Assembly (NCBI GenBank): GCA_046597055.1
Contig: JBKJLC010000037.1
Location: forward strand, 82,150 to 146,149
Reading direction: 5' to 3'
Length of the DNA stretch: 64,000 bases
Origin: Kofleriaceae bacterium
GTDB taxonomy: Bacteria; Myxococcota_A; Polyangia; Haliangiales; Haliangiaceae
The position numbers and the translations under genes were made by a program. The notes under the pieces are model-generated. The model ran no database searches, was not told the origin of the DNA, and saw nothing but the letters and a program-made list of their open reading frames with translations. Below are positions 29,944 to 37,655 of this stretch, in pieces; position 1 is the stretch's first letter, and the number at the start of each line of letters is the position of its first letter.

Positions 29944-30168
29944 CGGAGCCCGCCTCGCGGGTGTGCGCTTGCGGCGCAGTGGTGGCGCACGTCGCGCTTC
30001 TGCTTCTCGGTTCGCGCGCCCACGCTGCGAGGTGGGCGCGTCTCGGCGCGAGACCTGCGGGTCACGACACCAGGTGATCGCCAGGCCCACGATGGCGCCA
30101 TGGTGCTCGGCGTACGGGCGGTGTTATCAAGCCTCGATGTTGCTCGCGCGCGCTCGGATCCCCTCGGC

Positions 30169-30849
30169 ATGACCACGCCCGACGACCCGAACGTGCTCCG
30201 CACCACCGCCGGGGACATGCCGCTCGAGGAGATCGAGCTGGTCGTGGCGGGGCGTACCTGGACGGTCCTGCACACCGGCGCGGTCATCAGCCGCGAGCAG
30301 GAGCAGGCGTTCTTGCGCGGTCAGACCACGACCCGGTGGCCGTACGGCATCGTGGTGTGGCCCGCGGCGATCGCGCTCGCGCACGAGGTCGCTTCGCGCC
30401 ACCTCGCCGGGAAGCGCATCCTCGAGCTCGGCGCCGGGACCGGCCTGCCCGGCATCGTTGCCGCCGGGCTCGATGCGCGCGTGGTGCAGACCGACCGGCA
30501 GCAGGTCGCGCTGCACGTGTGCAGGCTGAACGCGGAACGCAACGGCGTCACGACGATCGACCACCGGCTCGCGGACTGGACCGCATGGGACGACACCGAG
30601 CGCTACGACGTCATCCTCGGCGCAGACGTGCTCTATGCCGAGCCGCTCCACGCCCACCTGCGGCACATCTTCGCGACCAACCTCGCCCCGGGTGGAACGG
30701 TGCTGCTCGCCGACCCGTTCCGCAAGCCGAGCCTGCGCTTCCTGGAAGCGATGGAGGCCGAGGGGTGGCAGGTCACGCTCGACAAGTGGACCGTGGGGGT
30801 CACCCCACCCCCGCGGTCCGTCGGCGTCTACGCGTTGACGCGGACCTGA
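30169..30849 (+). CDS. Class I SAM-dependent methyltransferase (protein/lysine MTase-like)
   Basis: PYGIVVWPAA, ILELGAGTGLPG, ILGADVLY, LLADP. Confidence 0.85.
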   Translation: MTTPDDPNVLRTTAGDMPLEEIELVVAGRTWTVLHTGAVISREQEQAFLRGQTTTRWPYGIVVWPAAIALAHEVASRHLAGKRILELGAGTGLPGIVAAGLDARVVQTDRQQVALHVCRLNAERNGVTTIDHRLADWTAWDDTERYDVILGADVLYAEPLHAHLRHIFATNLAPGGTVLLADPFRKPSLRFLEAMEAEGWQVTLDKWTVGVTPPPRSVGVYALTRT

Positions 30850-30918
30850 GGCTCGAGCGCGGTATCACCACCGCAGCCCTCGGTCGGCGCGGCGGCCGGG
30901 TGCGGCCGCCGAGATCAC

Positions 30919-31239
30919 TCAGATCATGTCTTTGAGGGCCTTGAGCGGCCGGACCTTGATCTTGGTCGTCGCCTTGCGCGCGGCCACGTTCATGGTCTCG
31001 CCGGGCTTGAAGGGGTTCGGCACGTTCTTGCGCGCGGGCCGCGCCGGCACGGCCTTCTTCTCGATCTTGACCAGGCCCGGCAGGGCGAACACGCCGGGGC
31101 CTCGCTTGCCCAGGTTCTTCGCGATCTCGGCGACCAGTGCGTCGAAGACCTGGCTGACCTGCTTGCGGGTCAGCTGAGTCTCCTCGGCAATCGCGGTGAA
31201 AATCTCGGTCTTGGTAGCTGCCTTCGGTGCGTTCGCCAT
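30919..31239 (-). CDS. HU/IHF family DNA-binding protein
   Basis: TKTEIF..IAEET, LPGLVKI, PARPAR..PNPF, KVRPLKALKD; GGAG RBS. Confidence 0.88.
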   Translation of the reverse strand: MANAPKAATKTEIFTAIAEETQLTRKQVSQVFDALVAEIAKNLGKRGPGVFALPGLVKIEKKAVPARPARKNVPNPFKPGETMNVAARKATTKIKVRPLKALKDMI

Positions 31240-31511
31240 TGGTAATCCGTCTCCATAGGTCGCTCGATTGCGACTACGGCCCGACTTTAACCACGTAAAG
31301 GGCCGGCATGCCGTTCCTCCTGGCGAATTGCGGCCCGCTACGCCACGTCGCGATCCCGTCTCGCCCCCTGCGAATAGTTACGGCGAGGGCGGGTCGGCGG
31401 GGGCGAAGCCACGGTGTTGACGGACCGGTCTTGGCCCGCCAATGTGCCGGCGCAGGAGGAGACCCCGATGAGACTCGAGATCGCGAACCTCGACCTGGAG
31501 ACACGGCCCTC

Positions 31512-32054
31512 ATGAAGGCGTCGGCGGGTCCTCCGCGCGAGGCTGGCACAACGAAGCCCAAGGCCGAGGGCCAGGCGACCGGGGCGGCCGCGTCCCGGCT
31601 CATCGACCAGCGGATCCGCGACCTGGCGGACTGGCGCGGGCAGACCCTGGCCCGCATGCGGGCGATGATCCTCGAGGCCGCCCCCGCGGCGATCGAGGAG
31701 TGGAAGTGGATGGGCACGCCGGTCTGGTCCCACGACGGGATCATCTGCACCGGGGAGTCGTACAAGCAGGTCGTGAAGCTCACGTTCGCCCGGGGAGCCT
31801 CGGTCCCGGACCCCGCGCATCTCTTCAATTCCAGCCTCGAAGGCAACATGCGCCGGGCGATCGACCTCCGGGAGGGCGAGCAGGTCGACGCGGGCGCGTT
31901 CAAGGCGCTCGTGCAGGCCGCGGTGGTCCTCAACGGCTCGCGCGCGAAGAAAGCCCGCCCGGCCAAGCCCGCCGCGAAGGCCAAGCCCGCCGCCCAGGCC
32001 AGGCCCGCCGCGAAGGCCAAGCCCGCCGCGAAGGCCAAGCCGGTCAAGGGGTGA
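31512..32054 (+). CDS. DUF1801 (YdhG-like) protein with Lys/Ala-rich tail
   Basis: DWRGQTLARMR, EEWKWMGTPVW, VKLTFARGA, FNSSLEGN.RRAID; C-terminal AKPAAK repeats. Confidence 0.85.
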   Translation: MKASAGPPREAGTTKPKAEGQATGAAASRLIDQRIRDLADWRGQTLARMRAMILEAAPAAIEEWKWMGTPVWSHDGIICTGESYKQVVKLTFARGASVPDPAHLFNSSLEGNMRRAIDLREGEQVDAGAFKALVQAAVVLNGSRAKKARPAKPAAKAKPAAQARPAAKAKPAAKAKPVKG

Positions 32055-33074
32055 TCACACCTCGCGCCGGCGCACCGACCAGATGAACCCGTCGTACCAA
32101 AAGTGCATCAGCGACACGACAATGGTCACGGCCCACAGCATCTCGAGGTCGGCGTCGAAGAGCTCGGCCGCGACGCCGTACGCGAGCACCGATCCGAAGA
32201 AGACGAGCGCCGCGAGCAGGCCGGCACGCCGCCGCGCGCCCAGGCGATCCACCACCGTCTTCCGCTCCATCGCCCACACCAAGGCGAGGTACTGCACGGC
32301 ATGGAACGAGTTCATGATGAAGAACGCCTCGCCCCAGCTGTTGAACCCCCACGTGTAGATCGAGCACAGCCCGGTCGTCGCGAGCAGGTACACCTTGAGC
32401 ATCGGCACGCGATAGCCGCGTCGCCGCAGCCGGGCGTAGCCGGCGAGATAGACGCCGATGAACACGGTCCCGATCGCGATGACCGCGAGGGTGAGGGTCT
32501 GGCGGGCGCCCTGGGCGTGGGCGGGGACGGCGGAGAAGAAGGCCGCGTCGACATCGTCGAACCCCTCGAAGACGTCGACGTGGTCCATCAGCGTCGCGCC
32601 CGCCAGGATCGGTCCGGCGTAGAGGAGCTGGTTGAGCCAGTAGTCGAGGCGGCGACCCGCCTCTGGTGGGTTGCCGACGTTGCGGTCGTAGATGCGCGCG
32701 AAGCCGAACGTCTGTGCGCCCGAGTGCCAGACGTCCCAGAACGTCGCCACCACCGTCGCCGCGATCGCGAGCCAGGTCGAGCTGACGATCGCGATCCACA
32801 GGACCATCGGTACCAGGACGAAGCGGAGCGGATACCGGCGGAAGATCGCCGGGTTCCCGTGGCTGCGGAAGAACACCGCCACCAGGTGCGCGTGGATCAG
32901 GCTCCCGATGCAGACCGCGGCGAGCGTGGTCTCCTGGCCGTTGACCGCAACCTGGTCGTCGGTGAACGACGTGCCAGCGATCAGCATGCCGACGACGAGG
33001 GCGCCCAGCGGTGGCAGCAGGAAGAACGCCCAGTCGTAGCGGGCGCTGACGAGGTAGGGCGAGCGCGCGCTCAC
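32055..33074 (-). CDS. Hypothetical polytopic membrane protein with His motifs
   Basis: Several TM helices; [29 protein letters not shown]. Confidence 0.75.
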   Translation of the reverse strand: MSARSPYLVSARYDWAFFLLPPLGALVVGMLIAGTSFTDDQVAVNGQETTLAAVCIGSLIHAHLVAVFFRSHGNPAIFRRYPLRFVLVPMVLWIAIVSSTWLAIAATVVATFWDVWHSGAQTFGFARIYDRNVGNPPEAGRRLDYWLNQLLYAGPILAGATLMDHVDVFEGFDDVDAAFFSAVPAHAQGARQTLTLAVIAIGTVFIGVYLAGYARLRRRGYRVPMLKVYLLATTGLCSIYTWGFNSWGEAFFIMNSFHAVQYLALVWAMERKTVVDRLGARRRAGLLAALVFFGSVLAYGVAAELFDADLEMLWAVTIVVSLMHFWYDGFIWSVRRREV

Positions 33075-33730
33075 GGCGTGGGCTCCGCGCGCGTCTGCCA
33101 GTGCTCGGCCAGCGCCAGGAGGAAGCAGGTCACCCCGAGCAGCTCGAGCGCTTCCTCGACCCAGTCGATCGAGGCGTAGACGACGTTATCGGTGCCGGCG
33201 CGCGCGGTCCACCAGCCGAGGGGCAGCTCGGTGCCGACCGCGCCGGTCACGAAGATGGCACCGGCGATCACGAACTGACGGCGTCGCCGCGGCGGCAGGT
33301 CGCGCAGGAACGGAACGTAGAGCGCCCCGACCACGGCGACGATGACCAGGGCCGGGATGACCCAGTCGAAGTAGAGCAGGCCGTCACCGCCGAACCGCCC
33401 GCCCAGGTGCTCGTGGATCTCGATGGCCTCGTCGAGGGACATGTAGCCGAAGCCGGCCGCGAGGCCGATCCAGCGCGCGCGGTGGCGGCCGCCCCGGGCG
33501 CCCAGGTCCGCGGCGATCGCGCCGAGCAGCAGGGCGCAGGCCAGGAGGAGCGAGCTCGCATACCAGGTCGGGAGGTTGGCCTCGTAGCTGAGCGAGCACA
33601 GCTCGACCATGATCTCGACCACCGGCGCGTGCGAGCGGGTGTGGAGCAGCTCGACGGCAAGGCCGGCGAGCGCGATGACGAGGCCCACGACGATCAGCGG
33701 TCGCGCGATGAGCTCCCTCAGCGGTCGCAT
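33071..33730 (-). CDS. Hypothetical membrane protein
   Basis: [27 protein letters not shown]; overlaps the next gene by 4 nt. Confidence 0.75.
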   Translation of the reverse strand: MRPLRELIARPLIVVGLVIALAGLAVELLHTRSHAPVVEIMVELCSLSYEANLPTWYASSLLLACALLLGAIAADLGARGGRHRARWIGLAAGFGYMSLDEAIEIHEHLGGRFGGDGLLYFDWVIPALVIVAVVGALYVPFLRDLPPRRRRQFVIAGAIFVTGAVGTELPLGWWTARAGTDNVVYASIDWVEEALELLGVTCFLLALAEHWQTRAEPTP

Positions 33731-33900
33731 GGTCGAACGGTGAATGTAGCGCACGATGTCTGTCGGCCTGGCGCCCACTCGTTCGGCCGAGTCAGACGAT
33801 CACCGGGGCGACCAGAGCCGCTCGGCTCCGTCGGAGCCGCTCGGCTCCATGGAAGGTCGGCGGCGCGGGCCCAGGTGGCCGAACCTGCGAATGCGCGACG

Positions 33901-33916
33901 TGGCGTGCGGGTTGCT
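33901..33916 (+). promoter_or_regulatory. Sigma-54 promoter with upstream tandem palindromes
   Basis: TGGCGTGCGGGTTGCT; GAGCCGCTCGGCTC at 33815-33828 and 33834-33847. Confidence 0.65.
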
Positions 33917-33930
33917 GTGTATCAGTAACA

Positions 33931-34557
33931 ATGATGCGCAGCCCCGTCGTGATCGCGATCGCCGCACTGGCCCTCGCCGCCTGTGAGTCCGAGGGCGACA
34001 TGCCCGCCACCGCCGCCGCCGGGGCGGTGCCGCCGGCCAAGGTGTCGGTGGAGGTGCCGAAGACCGCCGTCAGGCCCGAGCACTTCGACCTGGCGGGGAC
34101 CGCCGACCTCGTCCGCGACAACCGCGTGAAGAATGGTGCCGAGCTCGAGGTGCAGCTCAACAAGAACACCCGGAACCGGGTCGATGTCGATGCCGACGGC
34201 AAGCGCGACCGCCTGCAGGTGGTCGAGGTCCGCACCGGCGCCGCGCGGACCCTCGAGGTCCGGGCGGTGCCCTCGAGTCAGCGCGGCGCGGCGGCCGCCC
34301 AGGCGGCGGTGCCGGTCGCCGTGGTCGAGCTCGCGCCGGCGGGCGACCGCGCCCACGTGACGGTCGGGTACGCCGACGTGGTCGTCGTGGACGAGCCGGT
34401 CGTGGTCACGTTCGACGCCCCGATCGTGGTCGGCGGCTTCTGTCACTGGGTGCTCGTCGTGGAGCGGCCGATCTTCATCGGGGTGGCCGTCGTGGTCGTG
34501 CCCGCGCGCTCCGAGCACTCCAAACACAAGAAGCACAAGCAGCACAAATGGAAGTAA
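33931..34557 (+). CDS. Hypothetical lipoprotein with His/Lys-rich C-terminus
   Basis: Lipobox LAAC; DVDADGKRD loop; HSKHKKHKQHKWK tail. Confidence 0.8.
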   Translation: MMRSPVVIAIAALALAACESEGDMPATAAAGAVPPAKVSVEVPKTAVRPEHFDLAGTADLVRDNRVKNGAELEVQLNKNTRNRVDVDADGKRDRLQVVEVRTGAARTLEVRAVPSSQRGAAAAQAAVPVAVVELAPAGDRAHVTVGYADVVVVDEPVVVTFDAPIVVGGFCHWVLVVERPIFIGVAVVVVPARSEHSKHKKHKQHKWK

Positions 34558-34593
34558 CCACGACCGGTCGCGCCGCGCGCGCCCTGGTGAACG

Positions 34594-35475
34594 TCAGCCA
34601 CGCCAGGCGATCGTCACGAGCTCCCTGAGCCGCGCCGGGTCGCTCGCCGACGTCTTGCACATGAAGCCGCTCTTGTGCGCGAAGTGCACGTCGGGCTGGC
34701 CCTCGACTCGGGAGAAGTCGAGGCCGGGATGGTCCTCGTAGCGGCCGATGCCGAAGCCGTCGCCGCGTCGGTCCGGATACACGATGGCGGCGATGACCGC
34801 GTCGAGCTTCCGGGCCCGGATGTAGCTGCCGAGCATGGCGCTGGGCTCGTCGGCGGCGGGCTCGGTGCGCGGCAGGAACAGGGCCTCGACCCGGTCCTCG
34901 CCACAGGCGATCGTCCACCGCTCGACGCGCTGGTCGATGAAGTCGAGGCGCTCGCGAGCGACGCGCAGGTACTCGAGCAGGTCGGCGCCGACCATCCTCA
35001 TGAACAGGTAGAGCGGATCGGTGGGCTCGAGCCGGGTCGCCTGCGCGAAGCGACGCAGCAGCGTCAGGTCGATCGGCGAGTTGAGCTGGGAGATCGCGCG
35101 GCGCGGCACACCCAGCCACTCGCCGGTCTTCTTGGGGCCGCGCGAATCGAACCACTCCGCGGTCTCGAGCCAGTCGCAGAACTGCAGCGCGTCCTGGTAC
35201 AGACCCAGGTGATCAAGGACCAGGCTGAGCGCGCAGGTCGGCGGGTGCTCGCGCGCGAAGTGGTGGTGGTCGAAGTTCGAGCGCGCCGGGTCGTGGATCC
35301 CGCCGATGTCGACCACGGCGACCGCGGGATCGTCGAGCTCGGCGGCCGTGGGCTCGCGGCGGACGATGGGACAGCCATGGAGCGCCGCCAGGACACAGAC
35401 GGCGAGCAGGTCGTCCTTGTGAGCGCCGCCGGGATGCGTGACGATCGTGTGCACGTGGGTCGCGCACCCTACCAT
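34594..35475 (-). CDS. MYG1-like (DHH superfamily) hydrolase/exonuclease
   Basis: THPGGAHKDD, VVDIGG..DP...FDHHH, FAHKSGF parallel MYG1 motifs; ATG overlaps upstream TGA. Confidence 0.75.
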   Translation of the reverse strand: MVGCATHVHTIVTHPGGAHKDDLLAVCVLAALHGCPIVRREPTAAELDDPAVAVVDIGGIHDPARSNFDHHHFAREHPPTCALSLVLDHLGLYQDALQFCDWLETAEWFDSRGPKKTGEWLGVPRRAISQLNSPIDLTLLRRFAQATRLEPTDPLYLFMRMVGADLLEYLRVARERLDFIDQRVERWTIACGEDRVEALFLPRTEPAADEPSAMLGSYIRARKLDAVIAAIVYPDRRGDGFGIGRYEDHPGLDFSRVEGQPDVHFAHKSGFMCKTSASDPARLRELVTIAWRG

Positions 35476-36506
35476 CACGCGCCCGCGTCCGATTCGACCG
35501 ATGCGTCGATCATGGTGAGCGCGAGCCAGTTCTCGGCCAGCTCGCGCGCTGTCTGCTTCCGGTGTGCGGGCACCGAGATCCGGTGCTGCCAGCCGCCATC
35601 GCCGGTGAGATCGAAGCGGCCCCACGAGCGGATCGCCCCGAGCGCCTCGAGCTCGCGGATCAGCCCGCGCGCGGTGCCGTCGTAGCGGCCGCGGGTGTGG
35701 TCGTCGTCGCCGGCGATGATCAGCGTCGTGCCGGCCGGGGGATCGTCGGCAAGATCGGTGATCCGATCGACCGCCTCCGCGTCGGTGGCTGCATCGCCGA
35801 TCGCGCGCACCGCGCCCCGCGCCTCGGCGAACAGCGCGCCCGCCGCGCGCTTGGTCAGCCGCGCGACATCGCGTGAGGGCGGCGCCGGGGCCGCCAGGTA
35901 GAAGGGCTCGGGATCGCCCATGCGAACGCCGTCGAGGCCGATCCGGGTGCCGAGCGCGAGTCGGGACAGCCAGCGCAACCAGGCCGGCATCGCCGCGCGG
36001 GGCGGCGCGGCGCGCAGCTCGGGATCGGTGACCAGCGGCACCGCGAGCAGGAGGGCCCAGCCGAAGCTGCCGAACCAGCCGAGCCCGTTGTGGCCGAGCG
36101 CGCGCGCCCGCACGAACCGGCGCACATGGGGCCAGGCGGCCTGGAACACCTCGTCGCGGCCGTGGTCGCGCAGGTGGGCGACCAGCAGCGCCGCGTCCCG
36201 CGGGCCGGCCCGCATGCGGCGCGCGAGGTCATCGTCGCCGGTCACGACCGTGACGTCGACCGAGACGCCCTCGAGGGTGCCATGCATGCGTGGCGGCAGG
36301 GTCGGGATGAGCGTCAGCCCGAGCGCGGCGGCGAGGCGCGCCGGATCGTCGTCCGAGACCAGCACGTCGACGTCGCCGGCGTGGGCCGGTGCGTAGACGC
36401 TCGAGCCGTACGGCTCGACGACGGCGCGCGGATCCGCGACGGCGCGCACCCGCGCGAGGACGCGCGCCGCGGGTGGGGAGCTCGAGTCGTGCGCTGATCC
36501 CGTCAT
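35475..36506 (-). CDS. Pol-beta nucleotidyltransferase resembling canonical poly(A) polymerase
   Basis: YGS..DVD and third Asp in VSVDV; VRRFVRARALGHNGLGWFGSFGWALLLA resembles the PAP central domain. Confidence 0.65.
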   Translation of the reverse strand: MTGSAHDSSSPPAARVLARVRAVADPRAVVEPYGSSVYAPAHAGDVDVLVSDDDPARLAAALGLTLIPTLPPRMHGTLEGVSVDVTVVTGDDDLARRMRAGPRDAALLVAHLRDHGRDEVFQAAWPHVRRFVRARALGHNGLGWFGSFGWALLLAVPLVTDPELRAAPPRAAMPAWLRWLSRLALGTRIGLDGVRMGDPEPFYLAAPAPPSRDVARLTKRAAGALFAEARGAVRAIGDAATDAEAVDRITDLADDPPAGTTLIIAGDDDHTRGRYDGTARGLIRELEALGAIRSWGRFDLTGDGGWQHRISVPAHRKQTARELAENWLALTMIDASVESDAGA

Positions 36507-36766
36507 CACGCGCAGGAGACCGTGGCGCGGGCGTGGGCGCCAGCGTTCTCGCACATCTTGATCTGCCCCCGTGAGCGGCTGCTGCGAGCGCGCCCCCCCG
36601 TCGCCTGGTCGGCCGGGGCGCGCCAGCGCATCGCGCGCGGTCCGGGGGCGGGTGAACCGTTCAGGTCGGGCGCTGAACGGTGCAGCTCGGACGCTGGACC
36701 GTCCGCGCCGGGCCGGGGCCCGCGGTCGGATCGGGTCGATCTGCGGAGAATCAAACCAGGGCCAGC

Positions 36767-36782
36767 TGGTGCGGCGCTTGCT
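36767..36782 (+). promoter_or_regulatory. Sigma-54 promoter with upstream TGAAC-N-GTTCA-type palindromes
   Basis: TGGTGCGGCGCTTGCT; TGAACCGTTCA (36653-36663) and TGAACGGTGCA (36674-36684); GTG 14 nt after the -12 C. Confidence 0.65.
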
Positions 36783-36794
36783 CGACATCGAGAC

Positions 36795-37592
36795 GTGCCC
36801 AAGTCGTCCGTGCGTCCGCGAGTCCGGTTCTGGTTGCTGGCCGCCGCGTGGCTGGCCGCGTGCGGGACGGTCGAATCCGAGCCCGTGGCGGCGGTCGACG
36901 CGTCGTCGCCCGACGCCATGTCCACCGATGCCATGGCGGCGCCCGACGCCGCGGTGCTGACCGCGGCCTGCAGCCAGGATCCGAGCTGCGGCGAGGTCGA
37001 GACGATCTCGTCCGTGGACGACCTGATCGCGGTGACCCGGCGCTGTCCGACCTGGGACGCGGTGCTGGTCGATCGCTACCGCAACCGGACCGCGACGATC
37101 CGCGTCGGGTCGGACATCGAGGTGTGCGTGGGCCACATCCCGCTGCCGCTCGACTGCTCGGGAGGCATCCCGTGCGAGGCGGGCGTGCGCCTGGAGGTGG
37201 ACCGGTTCCTGGCGGGTGTCGACAGCAGCGTCGGGTGCCCGGGCGGCGTGGTGCTGGCGGCGGGGGCGCGCTTCCGGATCCGCTACGACGTCATGCCGGG
37301 CGGGCAACGCAGTCAATTCCGGGTTCCGAACCTGCGCTTCGAGCGCGCCTGCGACGCGGCCTGCAGCCCGAGCGAGCGCCGCTGCGACGGCAACGGCGGC
37401 TGCTACCCCGCGGACGAGGTGTGCTTCGCGTGCGGTCGCGGCACCCAGGAGCAGTGTGCGTGCCGGTCGCCCGACAACGGTGTCATTGGCGACTGCGAGT
37501 CGTGCGCGATCCGCGGCGAGGGAACCGTGTCCCCCGGTCACTGCCTCGGCGGGAGCTGCACGCGCGACGCGTGCGCGACCTGCCCGTGCTGA
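36795..37592 (+). CDS. Cys-rich hypothetical lipoprotein
   Basis: Lipobox LAAC; many Cys in the C-terminal half. Confidence 0.75.
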   Translation: MPKSSVRPRVRFWLLAAAWLAACGTVESEPVAAVDASSPDAMSTDAMAAPDAAVLTAACSQDPSCGEVETISSVDDLIAVTRRCPTWDAVLVDRYRNRTATIRVGSDIEVCVGHIPLPLDCSGGIPCEAGVRLEVDRFLAGVDSSVGCPGGVVLAAGARFRIRYDVMPGGQRSQFRVPNLRFERACDAACSPSERRCDGNGGCYPADEVCFACGRGTQEQCACRSPDNGVIGDCESCAIRGEGTVSPGHCLGGSCTRDACATCPC

Positions 37593-37655
37593 CCCGAGGG
37601 GCGGGCGCGGCCGTCGAGGTCGCCGCCGGACCGGGCCGGTGGGCGGCGGGCGAGG

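Noticed and set aside
30015..30055. Two adjacent hairpins downstream of the second USP gene
   Set aside because: Short GC-rich stems without a U-tract are common at this GC content; not enough to call a terminator or RNA.
35475..36506. CBASS CD-NTase call for the nucleotidyltransferase
   Set aside because: No Cap effector or Cap2/Cap3 neighbours, and the central region looks more like poly(A) polymerase; kept only as an alternative.
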